In this document: in pieces, positions 36,946-50,054 of the stretch | How positions within the stretch are numbered: the first letter of the stretch is position 1 | How the letters are laid out: each line of letters begins with the position of its first letter | Assembly: GCF_006345805.1 (NCBI RefSeq) | Contig: NC_043009.1 | Coordinates: 46,872,001 to 46,936,000, forward strand | Direction of reading: 5' to 3' | Length of the DNA: 64,000 nucleotides | Source of the DNA: Octopus sinensis | Taxonomy: Eukaryota | Position numbers and translations under genes: made by a program | The notes under the pieces: generated by a model | What the model saw: the letters and a program-made list of their open reading frames with translations, nothing else | The model's database searches: none | What the model was told of the DNA's origin: nothing

Positions 36946-38533
36946 ATATTGGGGCCTGTTGCATCAAAATAGAAACAAAATTTCTTTCCTGAGAGATCTT
37001 ACTGCATGTAATCAAGCCCTATGCATAGCACTTGTGGAAACTCACCTCAACCCTGATATAGAGGACGCAGAAGTACACATACCAAACTATGCCATACTGC
37101 GAACAGACAGAAGGGAAAGGAGCCATGGTGGAGTTACTGTATACATCCGAGATGACCTCACACCCCAGGTCTTAATGACATACTCAAATTCGGTATGTGA
37201 CACCTTAATTATATACATAAAAAACATAATATAGTCATATGCACTACATATTTCCAACCGGAATCCCCAAATCACACAGGCAAGTTTGAAGATTGCCTCA
37301 CAAGAATTAAAGAAATCCTCATGAATCTGGAACACCACGTGACCATATTTATTATGGGTGACTTCAACTCTCCAACGTCAAATGGCCCGAAGGTCACATA
37401 CTCTCAGGAATGAATCATTGCAAGCAAGTACAGGTGGAGTCCCTGCTCAACCTCGCCAATGCCTTATTCATGGAGCAAGTTGTACTTAAGCCAACTAGGG
37501 CGAATAACATTCTGGATCTCTGCTGCACGAACAATATGGACATCATTCGTGATGTGAAAGTGACACCGACATCAGTTTCGGATCACAACATAATAGAGCT
37601 GTCTATGTTTGGGCCAAAAGTAACCAGAGACATACAGCCTAAAGGAAGCACCTGAAATCTCTCCAATCTGAACTTCCACAAGGCAGATTGGAAATCGATC
37701 CAAAAAGATATCCTCAGAGAGGACTGGCCGGAATGTCTCTCCACACCAGACATTGACATGAAACTAGAATGTTTCATGTCTTCTGTGCAAGCCGTATGCC
37801 AGAAATATGTCCCAGAGCACAAGGCCAAAACAAATAGGAGCAAGATTCCAAGGGACAGGAAGAGCCTCATGAGACGACGGACGAAGGTTGCAAATCGTCT
37901 CAACCAACATCCCAAAAGTAGCGAAACGTCCCGCCTAAAAACAACACTGGTGGAGATCGAAAAAAGGCTGCAGCAATCCTACGTGAAGGAGAAAGCAGAC
38001 AAAGAAGCCTGGGTTATAAAAAACATTAAATCAAACCCAAAGGCCTTCTTTCATTACGCGAAAGAAACAGTCTCAGTGCACTACAAGGTAGGACCCCTCC
38101 TCCAAAAGGATGGCTCCCTCACAGACAGTCCAACTAAGATCAGTGAGATGCTGAATGACCAGTTCAAAAGTGTCTTTACCACCCCGTTGGAACACAGACA
38201 AGTGAACGAACCAGTGGACTTCTTTGCCGCCTCACCTATAACCAGCGAGGCGGTTACAATAGAATGTATTGACATTAGCGAAAAAGATGTCCTACTAGCC
38301 ATAGATGAAGTGGACACGAACTCAGCTGCTGGTCCAGATGGTTTACCAGCCATCCTCCTCAAAGCGTGTAAGCATGCCCTGGCAAAACCTTTCAAGATTC
38401 TCTTCCAGAGCTTTCTTGCGAATGGCAAACTGCCAAGCAAGCTGAAGGAAGGAATAATATGTCCAATACATAAAGTAGAGCAGATGCCAAAAACTATAGG
38501 CCTATCTCTCTGACTTCACACATCAGCAAAGTC

Positions 38534-39883
38534 ATGGAACGGATAGTCAGAAAGAAACTAATCGCATTCCTTGAGGAAAATAACTTGCTGAGTGATACCC
38601 AGCATGGTTTTCGACCAGGTAGGAGCTGTCTGACCCAGCTCTTACAACATTATGACTGGATGTTGAGGCATTTACTCAACAAATCAAATGTGGACGTAAT
38701 ATACCTTGATTTTGCAAAAGCTTCTGACAAGGTGGATCAAGGTGGATCATGCCACAAACTTCGTGACCTCGGCATAGCTGGAAAACTTGGAGTGTGGTTA
38801 CATGACTTCCTGAAAGATAGGAGTCAGGCAGTAGTGGTTAATGGAGCCACCTCTATGAACACACAAATAGTGCGCGGTGTTCCACAGGGCACTGTCTTGG
38901 GACCACTGCTTTTTATAGTGGCCCTCTCAGATATGCCCTCAAATGCCCGGATAGCCACTCTGGCCAGCTATGCAGACGATACGAAAGTCTCGCAGAAAAT
39001 ACAGAACCCCAGCGATGTTGCACACCTGCAGCAGGAGTTGGACTCAATCTACAGATGGGCTGAGGATAATAATATGCAGTTTAATGCTGAAAAATTCCAG
39101 GCCCTGCGCTACCAGCATCCAAAACTGAATATTAAACTTACAGGATACACCGGTCCACAGGGAATTTCAATCTCAGAGCCTAAGTCTGTGAGAGACCTGG
39201 GTATCGACATGAGTGATGATACCTCTTTCCAAGTGCACATTACCAGGATGGCGACAAAGTGCAGACGACTGGCTGGGTGGATCCTAAGAACATTTAGAAC
39301 CAGAGATAAGGAAACCATGATGGTCCTCTGGCGGACATTCGTCCTCAGCCGTCTGGATTACTGCTCACAGCTATGGTCACCCACCAGTGTAAAATTAAAA
39401 GCGGACCTTGAAGCAATCCAGAGAAGATTCACAAAGAAGATCGTCTCTTTGCAACAGCTCAGCTACTGGGAAAGGTTGAAACAGCTAAGACTCCACTCCC
39501 TGGAGAGAAGACGGGAGAGGTATGCAGTAATATATGTCTGGAAGATCCTGGAAGGAATTGTGCCAAATTTTGGCATTGTAAGCTACACCAATGCTAGAAC
39601 GGGACGACACTGCATAGTGTCAAAGATCCCAGCAATTCCATCACGCTTCAGGACCAGCTTCTGCAACAGCCTGGGTTTCAAGGGTCCACAGCTTTTTAAT
39701 ATTCTCCCAAAGAGTCTGAGGAACTTGCACAAAGTAGATGTAGCGGTTTTTAAATCAAAGCTGGACATCTTCCTGTCAGGAGACTCAGATGAGCCTACCT
39801 CACGGCAAGAGGTGCAAATGAGAGTAGCTATATCAAACTCCATTCTTCACCAAGTGCCACATATTAGACGAGGTTCTTCGTAA
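38534..39883 (+). CDS. LINE ORF2 reverse transcriptase and C-terminal segment (449 aa open)
   Basis: RT motifs QHGF, DFAKA, PQG, YADD; LDYCSQLWSP; LERRRERY. Confidence 0.85.
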   Translation: MERIVRKKLIAFLEENNLLSDTQHGFRPGRSCLTQLLQHYDWMLRHLLNKSNVDVIYLDFAKASDKVDQGGSCHKLRDLGIAGKLGVWLHDFLKDRSQAVVVNGATSMNTQIVRGVPQGTVLGPLLFIVALSDMPSNARIATLASYADDTKVSQKIQNPSDVAHLQQELDSIYRWAEDNNMQFNAEKFQALRYQHPKLNIKLTGYTGPQGISISEPKSVRDLGIDMSDDTSFQVHITRMATKCRRLAGWILRTFRTRDKETMMVLWRTFVLSRLDYCSQLWSPTSVKLKADLEAIQRRFTKKIVSLQQLSYWERLKQLRLHSLERRRERYAVIYVWKILEGIVPNFGIVSYTNARTGRHCIVSKIPAIPSRFRTSFCNSLGFKGPQLFNILPKSLRNLHKVDVAVFKSKLDIFLSGDSDEPTSRQEVQMRVAISNSILHQVPHIRRGSS

Positions 39884-39926
39884 TAACAGTGAAACTAGGA
39901 AAAAAATATATATATATATATTTATA

Positions 39927-39958
<32 letters not shown>

Positions 39959-40270
39959 TGTGTATGTGTGTGTGTGCGTGTGTGTAAATGTAATATGTGA
40001 CAATTATTCGGTAGCCATGATAAAACTCCGAGTTTTATATTTACAAATAAATTCCTCTATTTACATAATATCGAGGTCTCTTTCATTCTTTCGTTGTCTT
40101 ACCATTTTTTATCATTATATACATACACACACACACACACACACACGCACATATATATACATATATATATATATATATACAATATACATACCGAAAATTT
40201 AGAAATAGCAGCGAAAAACCGTTTATTCCTTTTTACTACAGATATTACTCTCTACACACACACACACACA

Positions 40271-40335
<65 letters not shown>

Positions 40336-40473
40336 CAGGAAATGAAGAAAATGCTGACAAATAATTGAAGTAATTTAAGTAATTTAATTAGGTGAAAGTT
40401 CTTTTTACCGGTTGCGCATTTGTTATGCTTATCAAAATATAAAAGAGAGATTAGAGTCTGTCTCTTATATGTG

Positions 40474-40675
40474 AAAAAAAGAGGCTCCAGAGTTGTTTTG
40501 GATTTGCTTGGTTTCGCGCCTAAAATTTTGATTGGTCATTATGAAGGGGTCACGTGAATGTTTGAATGGAAGTTGGTGTTGGGGTAAGAAAAAAGGCTCC
40601 AGAGAAGTTAAAATTTGGCTAGTGTCCCGCCTAAAATTTCTTATTGGCCATAATAAAGAGGTCACGTGAATGTTT
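40474..40675. repeat. Two diverged copies of a 112-bp-period unit carrying ATTGG and GTCACGTGA
   Basis: ggctccagag at 40483 and 40595; gtcacgtga at 40549 and 40661. Confidence 0.75.
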
Positions 40676-41099
40676 AGAATTTTCGAAAATAGTGTTGTTG
40701 AAAATTCTTATTGTTCAGGCTGGTCAGTAGAGGTCATGTGGATATTTTAAATAGCTTTTTAGCGCGTAGTTAGGGAGTGTATTTTCCGCTTGACTGGATA
40801 AGTAAGTTCGTTTAGAACAGGGAGAGCTGTATGTATGTATGTGTGTGCGCGCGCGCGCGCGTGTGTGTTTATATGTATGTTGGGGCGCGCGCGCGTGTAT
40901 ATATGTGTGTGTGTGTGGGTACAATTTTCAATATTTATAGTTCTGCTGGCCTTGTGCCTGTATCGGGAAGCAACGTATTTGTGTGAAGTCAATATTTACA
41001 GCCATTTGCAAAAAATAGTGTTGGATGTTTTGCACCCGTATTCAATTATGTGTATGTGTGGAACCATATATTTGTGTGTGTCATGGTGTTAATATCTGG

Positions 41100-41625
41100 G
41101 TAAAGGTGTGTGTATGGTGTGTGCAGGTGTAAGTGTGTTTGTTGTGGGTTCGTGTTAGGGGCATGTGTTTAGAAGTGGTCTGTATTTATTAATAAGGTGG
41201 GATTCCATGGTTATTCGCTGGGTATGAGTGGCATTGTCTTTAAATTTGTAGAGGGGAAAGATTCTAAAATTGGGATGGAGTTGTGCGGCACAGGTATCAA
41301 TATGTGCACTAAATGCTATTTTTCTATATTCCTGTATTTTTATTTGGGATCTGTGGACAGTCATGCGTTGGCGGGGGCTATTTTTTGTTTGGCCTATGTA
41401 GTGTTCATTACAGCCCGAGCAAGTTAAGACATATACTAGGTTTTCTGATGCGCAAGTGAAGTTGTGTTTTACTGTGAAACGTTGTTCTTGTTTAAAAAGG
41501 AATTCCGGACCTTCTATTAGGTTGATGCATATACCACAGTTGGGTCTATTGCATTTGTTTACTGTGGGTTTAGTTGTTGTGGTTGGCAGTACTTTGGCAT
41601 TTGTTAGGATGGTTTTCAATGATTT
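41100..41625 (-). mobile_element. Penelope-like element 3' fragment (GIY-YIG domain)
   Basis: KCNRPNCGIC...FTCASENLVYVLTCSGCNEHYIGQT...RMTVHRSQI...ESHLINKYRPLLN. Confidence 0.9.
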
Positions 41626-42189
41626 GGGTTGCCTTAGACAGACAGACAGACAGACAGACAGAGAAATATATATATTTATAGTTGAAATTTACAGAAAAAA
41701 ATGAAGACGAAGACAGGTGTATGAACATTATACGTACGAGTGGAGGGAAGTAATTTCGTTTGTATATAAAAGTAAAACATTATTGTTTTCCCGAAGTGGA
41801 GAGAGTAACTTCAGAATGCTCCATATTCACAAAGGTAAGGTCGGAAATCTTACAATACGATGAAGAACTGCATGTGTCGCAACTATAGCCATTAATCATA
41901 CAACAAACATTTCGTGAATTTTTTTTTTTGTTCTTTAGACATTTATCAATTCTTGCATGTCAATTGTGACAATACTGTGGCACCACCATTAATTTTACTT
42001 TCAGCTTCTGGACAGATACATACACACATGCCATATCTAAACACACCCACACATATGTATATATGTATGTACTTATGCGTATGTGTGGGTATGTGTGTGA
42101 ATACATATCCACACGTGCTTAACGGTCATACACACAGGTACATACATACACACACACGCATATATGTGTGTATGTAATCATTAATTGTG

Positions 42190-42680
42190 TATGTGGCTAT
42201 GTGGTAAGGAGTTTGCTTTCCAACCACATGATTCCATATTAAGTTCCACTGCGTGGCACCTTGGCAAGTTTCTTCTACTATAACCTCGGGTTGACCAAAT
42301 CCTTGTGAGTGGATGTGGTAGGCGGAAACTGAATCCCTTTGTATATATATGTATATATTTGAATACATATGTATATATCTGTGTGGAAGTTTCTGTGTTG
42401 GTGTTTTTCAACCGCTTGACAACCGATGTACGACATCATAATTAGATTAAAAACATTTAATTGTCATAATGTTTATAATTGGAAGGTAAAATACACACAC
42501 ACACACACACACACGTCCCTGTAACCTAGCGGTTCGGCAAAAGAGACTGATAGTATAAGTACTAGGCTTCAGAAAAGAAACAATACCTGGGGTCCCTTTG
42601 TTCGACTAAACCTCTCCAAGGCGGTGCCCCAGCACGGCCGCAACCAAATAGCTGAAGGAAGTAAAAGATAAAAGATACCA
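42190..42680 (+). mobile_element. Composite tRNA SINE (head, microsatellites, tail)
   Basis: gtggctatgtggtaagg...ccactgcgtggcaccttgg; tail ggcggtgccccagcacggccgc...aaaagataaaagata. Confidence 0.8.
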
Positions 42681-42781
42681 CGCGCACGCACACACATGCA
42701 CACACATGCACACTTATGTGTATTTATATATTTGTATAATTACATGCCCATACACTCACAAACATATACGTGTGTGTGTAT

Positions 42782-42812
<31 letters not shown>

Positions 42813-43417
42813 ATCTATATAGATAGAGAAAAAGGGAGGCTGAGTGCGTATGTGCTTATATTAAAACTAATTTCATCGCTAATTATTTGTGTTCAAATGG
42901 CAGTACAGAACATCATAAAAGCAGTAATTGCTACTGTAGGATCAGTTTCTTATAAGATACGAAATCTTTCCAAAGAAACTAGGTGTTACAGAGACATAAC
43001 ACACATCAATAGCCACATTTCCGAATGCGTAATTACCGAATTATTTTTGCACAGCAAGTGTTTGATTTGAATTCTATAATGATACTAGTAGTCTGCATCT
43101 TAGGATGTATTCTCTGTAATCTTGTTGTAATTTATCGGAACAGCTCTTGAAAGATGTTCTTTAAAAATAATGTACGAAATACCATAAAAAAAAACAAGGA
43201 ATAAATTCTCTGGTTTGTGATTATTGTAAGGATTCATACTTTTTGAAAATCTGATGGGAAGTAGATAATCGATCACACAGCGTGGAGTGTCACTCGTTTT
43301 GGATTTCGGATTATATTTCAATGTGTTCTTTAAATAAACTGCTTATATCAGAAAGCGGAGAACGCTATACAATGTCATTCACCTCATCTGTGATATATTT
43401 ATCATTTTATAAGAGTA

Positions 43418-43798
43418 CTAGCAGTACCGCCCGGCGTTGCTCGGGTTTGTTTCGACCCTTTAGAATTGGAATTTTTGAAAAGTAAAACTTTTGCATTATG
43501 CAGCTCGTTATTCTCTTTACGTGAACATTTTCTTGGTTGAAATACACCGAAAAATGGCGACACAGAAGTCAAAAAATCGTAAAAAATAGGGATTTTCATA
43601 GAAAAAAAAACACTTTTTTGATGTAAATAATTTTTGGTCTTAAGAATTTTTTCTTCTAGCGAAGGAAGAGCAAGCCTTCTTCTATCATAATCTCAATTTT
43701 GGTCATCTTGTGCCGAAGGGCCTTGGAGGAGATAGTGTTAGTTGAAGGCTATCAAACCTGCCACATACAAACAACTTCAGCTTTATATATATAGAAGA
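43418..43798 (-). mobile_element. Non-autonomous Helitron-like element (second family)
   Basis: Minus strand starts A|TCTTCTATATATATAAAG and ends ccgagcaacgccgggcggtactgCTAG|T. The 3' end is shared with 34265-34649 but the interior differs. Confidence 0.72.
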
Positions 43799-44149
43799 TG
43801 AGACAAAGATCACGACGTCTATTTTAGAAGTGAGATAGCGCTGTGAGAGACTGCTAACCCAAGTTTTACAATTAGTTGACCGAAGCCTTTTAATTCTAAA
43901 TACGCTGTTATTTCTATTGTGAAATTCATAAACATGACCGAGTGTGCAATATAATACGTATCAATGTATTCGAGGCATTCTCAATTACTCAACCAGCTGT
44001 GTTCACAGTTGTACAAAATTTTCAGCAGAAAATATTTCATTTCATAAATATGGAAACTCTTCTGTCCTCCATAACGATACTTCATTTATAATTGGAAGAT
44101 AAAATACACACACAAACACACACACACACATATATATATATATTCTTTT

Positions 44150-44552
44150 ACTCTTATTTATCTCACTCATTTGACCGCGGCCATGATGGAGCACTACTTG
44201 TAGTGGAACAAATCGACCCCAGAACTTATTTTTTGTAGGCCTAGTACTTATTCTATCGGTCACTTTTGCCGAACCGCCAATTTACCGGAACGTAGACAAA
44301 CTAACATCGGTTGTCAAGCGATAGTGAGAGGACAAACACAGAGACACAAACATAAGTATATGTGTATATATATACATGTATATACGTCGGGCTCCTTTCA
44401 GTTTCCGTCTGCCAAATCCACTCACAAGGCTTTGGTCGGACCGAGGCTATAGCAGAAGACACTTGCCTAAGAAGATGCCATGCAGTGGGACTGAACCCAG
44501 AATCATGTGGTTGGTAAGCAAGATACTTATCACACAGCCGTTCCTGCGCCTA
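44150..44552 (-). mobile_element. Composite tRNA SINE, both halves
   Basis: Head at 44385-44552 and tail at 44150-44350, separated by a TA/TG tract. Confidence 0.82.
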
Positions 44553-44561
44553 TATATATAC

Positions 44562-44617
<56 letters not shown>

Positions 44618-44704
44618 ACAATAATAATAATAAGGATTATTAAGAAGTTGCATTCTTTATATATGGTTGGTTGGCATCCTTTTTGTCTCGGGAGACAATG
44701 GAGA

Positions 44705-44755
<51 letters not shown>

Positions 44756-44936
44756 TAAATTAGAGATAAAACCTCTATTAGGCAAATCAAACAGTGAAAA
44801 ACATAAACCAATACATAGAAATAAAATTAATTAATATAATATACAAAATATATAAAATATAAAATTCAAAATTTAAACTATTTAAATTTCAAGTAAAAAT
44901 TTTAAAATTATTTAAATTATTAATTTATACTTATAA

Positions 44937-45005
<69 letters not shown>

Positions 45006-45038
45006 TATTTATATATTTATATATTGACAGCTTCGCAT

Positions 45039-45124
45039 AAACCAACACATGTTTCAGCTGCACTGATTAGTAACCGTTGAAATTGCAACCTTACTTCAAT
45101 ACCGGTGCAGTTTCTTCAAGGTCT
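45039..45124 (-). ncRNA. Type I hammerhead motif at the 3' end of a Penelope-like element (U3 variant, long stem II)
   Basis: AGACC-UUGAAGA-AACUGCAC-[insert]-GUGCAGCU-GAAA-CAUGUG-U-U-GGUUU; stem I AGACC/GGUUU, stem III ACA/UGU, cleavage triplet GUU. Confidence 0.7.
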
Positions 45125-45129
45125 TTACT

Positions 45130-47100
45130 TAATATCTTTCGATTTAACTGTTTAATGTTTTTCGTTTGCCCTGCGTTGTATGATGTAGAGTTGTCCATTA
45201 AGTTAGACGCGAACAATCTCCAATTCAACTTTTGATTGGATAATCCCTGATAGTACATTATTCTAAAACTTTCTGTTGTTTAGATGTTTATTACTCATTT
45301 ATACTGGATAAATGTGAATTTCCACGTCTGCAAGCATCTCAAAGCTTGTTCCTGTCTAGAATTTATTATATTACCCTTGGATGTAAAAATCTGATGAAAT
45401 TATTCTATACATGAGTTACATTTATTAGTTCCTGGTCTCTATGGTTTTGCAGTACAAATTAATTCCCAGCTGATAGTATAGTTCTTGTTTCTGTCATTAA
45501 TAGACCAGATTAATTTATTTACACTTGTTTGGAATCCTAGATTTTTATCTCTAAATGAACTCAAATGATCTGCCAGTCTCCTCTTCGTAATTAATGATGT
45601 CACATCGACGTAAAAGTATTTATTACCATCAGATGTAAGTTTACATCTATATATTACATTTTTAGTCTTCACTTATTTTTCACATAACAGGATTTATGTA
45701 GAATAATTGCAAAGATAATTTTCTTTTAATATTTCTCTCAGATTTCGTTTTAATTTGATCATTCAGGGTATAATTAAATTCATTTCCACCAAGTTCTTTA
45801 TTACTACTTACTCCTTTAGATATCGTTATCTTTGTTCTATTTCTAGCCAGGGTTCTATTCGATTTAACGTTATTAACAATGTTAAATTGGGTTGTTTCAG
45901 CGACTTTTAAATTCTTAGCGTTCTCTTCTATTTCAGTGTTTTTTACAATTCCTATTTACTATGCTACTCTGATTATAATAGCTTTTTTGAAATTTCAGCA
46001 TTATTCTTAGGTAATGTGTAGCCATAATTTGTGCAATATTATTGCTAAGCCAAATTAACCATAAAGTATTCTTCGAGTTAAGATCATAATCGTGATGTTT
46101 ATACCCATTTTCCGAAGTAGGAAGTATTCGCTGATTTTGATTGATATTAAAGTTGGCGTTTATTTTATCTTTAAATCTTTTAGTTGTTTTTTTTATATTA
46201 AAAGAATTTGAGATTTTATTAAAGCACACTACATCCTCATTTCTATTAGCAGCACGAGAATGTTTAACTCGGTTATTAACTACATTACAATTTTTTATTT
46301 TGTTTGAATTATAATTGTCCATTTGATTATTTTTCCCTATTAAAATCACCTACTCTTGTTATTTTATTAACTTCAATATTTGATTTTAAATTTTCATTAC
46401 TATTTTTTCTGCTAAGTAGATTTATTTATTGTACTAGATTTTAAATTTTTGTTATGAAAATTACTGTTTAAATCAGGTTCGTTATTTTACTTATTAAACT
46501 TTATTTTATCCTTATATCCCACTTTCCTAAGTGCTAAGTTATAGTAGTCTTCATTTAGTTTGAAAATATTTTCATTGGCTCATAATTTATTTATTATTGA
46601 CGAAATGTTCTTTATTAGTGAGTCTGTTACTGATTTGGGATCATTACTTTCAATGTTTATATATTTTATGCTTTCATTAGGCTTATGAAAGGGTTTTAAA
46701 ATTCCTTTTTTATTTCTAACGTAACATCTAAGAAATTCACAGTTATGTTAATCTTCTATATTTTTTAAAGAATTTTAATAAATTCTATCTATGTTTTTCT
46801 AACATTCTACTAGATGTGTTTACAATTGTAAAAACCGCACCATCCCTATATAAGCATCCTATTATTTCAGAGAATTCCTTACTTAGACGAAATAATATAT
46901 AAATTCCCACTAAATCTGTAACCTGCACCGAATCTGTAGAACCCCTAGTTGCGTCAAACATATCCGGTATATTTTTTCGTAATTCAATATTTATTCTCCA
47001 ATTTAATGATAGATTTTCTTGCTGCTATACAGTTCAGGATTATATGATAAACATCTTGTAATAATGTTTATAATTAGATGGTAAAATATAATTATTTCAG
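45130..47100 (-). mobile_element. Degenerate Penelope-like element (RT plus GIY-YIG)
   Basis: LYRDG-like motif; TVNFLDVTL...KPFHKPNESIKYIN; TKNVIYRCKL...YFYV...KRRLADHLSSF...LIWSI...ISWELI. Confidence 0.8.
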
Positions 47101-48300
47101 ATTATATCAAACAAATCTCATTATAGTAATGTTTCTGTTCTTCGTCATGCATCATTGGTATGCAACCTGACCTGAAAGTTAGCGCTCTTTTACGAGTGTT
47201 GCTAGTTTAGCGGGAGGCTGCAATGTCAACGAAGTGAAATTTTGGGAGCGCTAGGCGGTGATAGGTGATGTAATTTTCCTTGAAAATAAAATATTTAAAC
47301 CGGTTACAAAGCTTAGGTTACACGTTTTCAAAATAACAATCTATGTCATGATTAAAATGAATAGATCACTAAGTTATAAGTGAGGAGGAGTTGTGTACCG
47401 AGGTCCAGCCTATTTGTCACACATGCCTTGATCCCGAGGTTCAAACTATTCGTCATATTCTTGATATTCTTTATTAATTTCCATAAAATTGAACAACGGA
47501 TCACTAACCGCACAAACTTATAAAATGGCCTTATGCTAGATAGTAGAATATGAAAATATAAATAAATGGCGAGCCACTGAAAATGATAGCTTCTATTTAG
47601 TGAATATATTTATTTGCATGGCATATGAAAGAGGTGTTTATAAAGCTGTCTAGTGAAGGGTACCGCTGAAAAGAAAAGTTTGAGATGACTGGTAGAAAAA
47701 TTGCAACCCAAAGAATATGATCACGAATATCTGATTATTGATTGAACAAATACAACAAATACAATTTTATTTTATTTAACGAGCAAGATATTTATGGGAG
47801 CAAAAACAAAGTATGGCTAAAACTTTATTTCCAATTTTAACGTTACAACACAATGACAAGCAAAATTCAGGTGAGAGTTCAACTGTTATCAGACGATATA
47901 AATGTTCAAATAAATGACAAGCAAAATAAAATGGGAATGACAAACATTACATTATATATGTATGAATTTCGGGTAAGATTTTTTTTTTCATTGTTTCATT
48001 TGTTTACCACAAAAATATGCTGACTATTTCATAAATAATTTTATACTTGAGATCAATATGTCATGACTGAAGTCTACAATATGAAACTGAAAAAAGTTCT
48101 TGCTGAATCTCATTGAAATTTAATATAAAAATGACAATCAGAACGTCAAAATATATTATGGAATCACTAATGCTATATTCTATCTATAAAAGGTTTATTA
48201 GATTTACTCTCTCACCACACACACACACACACACAAACACACACAAACATATATATATATGTGTATATATATATATATGTGTGTGTATATATATATATAC

Positions 48301-48362
<62 letters not shown>

Positions 48363-48390
48363 CATATAGGCATAATAATATATGTATATA

Positions 48391-49512
48391 TCAGTTTGGT
48401 GCGAATGTAATTCCCGATTTAAAGGTTTAAGGTAAAAATGAATAAGCCAATGATTTTGAAAATATTCATTCATTAACATATTCTCTATTGCTTTCAATAA
48501 TCTCATTCCATCTTTCAATAACCTTATGCGTCGCTTGTAAAATTCTGTAGGTTAAGAACCAAAATATGAATCCCACTCATTTGCAATCTCTTCTCTTGTT
48601 GTTAACCCAAGTCCATCAAAATGGTTCTAGAGTCCTCGGAACAAATGGTAATCAGAAGGAGCAAGGTCAAGAGAATATGGATGATGAGGCAGTATTTCCC
48701 AACCAAGTTCTTCCAAGAGGGTTTTGGTTAGTCGAGCTGTGTGAGGACGAGCATTATCGTGATGGAAGATGACATCCTTTCTGTTAACCAAAGATGCTCG
48801 CTTTTGGCTCAGAACTGTTTTCAAACGACGAAGTTGATCACAGTAAAGATTAGCATTAATTGTTTGGTCGTGGTCCAACAGTTCATAATGGATTACTCTT
48901 TTAATATCCCAACATACACCTTCTTTGGATGAAGTCCTGCTCTCGATTACTGAACTGGCCGCCCTCTTCGACTGATCCGAGAACGACAGCGTTTAACATT
49001 ATGGTAAAGAATCCACTTCTCATCACCTGTAAAAAGCCGGTCTAAAAATGGGGCTTGAGAGTGTCACGAAAGCAATTATTGACAACAAGCAGCACGCTGT
49101 TCTTGATTCCCTGGAGACAGCTCGTGAGGCACCCATTTTCCAGCCACTGAAACCTTTCCAATGTGTTGTAACTGGCGTACCATGGTTTTATAGGCCACGA
49201 TTAACTGTTCTGCAAGTTCCCTAGTGGTAACGGTAGCGTTCTACGAAACAAGAGCTTACAGCATCAAGTTTGTTTTTGGGGGGACGACCCTCTTTTGGCT
49301 CTTCTTTCAAAGTGAAATTATCACTTCTAAAACGGGAAAAACCACCTCCTCCAACTTCTGAAAATTATGGCCACAAGTTAGATAATCTGAAAGAAAATAG
49401 TACAAATTAGACACAGAGATATCTTAAAACTATAAAAAGAGGTTAAAAAATTGATAAATTCGCTCTGAAACATTTTTTTCTAGAAATCGGACATTACTCT
49501 TGCACCAACCTG

Positions 49513-49513
<1 letters not shown>
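48391..49513 (-). mobile_element. Mariner DNA transposon (D,D34D-type), degenerate, both TIRs, TA TSD within (TA)n
   Basis: TIRs tcagtttggtgcgaatgtaattcccgattt and aaatcggacattactcttgcaccaacctga. Motifs TGDEKWILY, HHDNARPH, HPYSLDLAPSDYHLF. Confidence 0.93.
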
Positions 49514-49596
<83 letters not shown>

Positions 49597-49704
49597 CAAT
49601 TCAAGTCTTTTATGTTTCGAGCGTACGCTCTTCAATACAAATAAATAAGAGAAAATAAGCACAGAGAACATAAAAGATCGTGTGGATTTAGCAATCAATC
49701 ATGG

Positions 49705-49782
<78 letters not shown>

Positions 49783-49869
49783 GAAGGTTGAAAAAAATCA
49801 CACGAGTTAGTATATATGGAAAAAAATGTTAACGTAGAAAATGCTAAAATTGTTTTATAAAAAACACTT

Positions 49870-49905
49870 CAGTACCGGTTTCAGTCAGTGAGACTTTTTC
49901 AACTG
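49870..49905 (-). ncRNA. 36-nt minimal type I hammerhead with compensatory U3-A8 pair
   Basis: CAG-UUGAAAA-AGUC ucacu GACU-GAAA-CCGG-U-A-CUG; all stems pair; palindromic stem III ACCGGU. Confidence 0.72.
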
Positions 49906-50018
49906 TAAGTATGGAAAACAATTAAATTTTGGAAAAATTAAAAGAAAAGTATTTATTTTAAACAAAATTTGCATGGTATTCAAATACAAGGGGCATTTTC
50001 CTTGTTTCTGCCTGTCTA

Positions 50019-50054
50019 CATTTGAAAAAGTCTCAATGATTGAAACCGGTATTT
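50019..50054 (+). ncRNA. Degenerate partner copy of the minimal HHR
   Basis: UUGAAAA-AGUC ucaau GAUU-GAAA-CCGG-U-A; stem I has decayed. Confidence 0.5.

Larger units (their letters stand above)
35990..39900 (+). mobile_element. Near full-length CR1-group LINE with ORF1 and a frameshifted ORF2 (APE plus RT)
   Basis: EN: ALVETHLNPD, RTDRRERSHGGV, MGDFN, NILDL, SDHN. RT: QHGFRPGRSCLTQLL, YLDFAKA, VPQGTVLGP, YADDTK. C-terminus RVAISNSILHQV. Confidence 0.92.

Noticed and set aside
49612-49635. Minus-strand ttgaa-gagc gtac gctc-gaaacat
   Set aside because: Probably an HHR relic, but the core is short and no stem III or stem I can be built.
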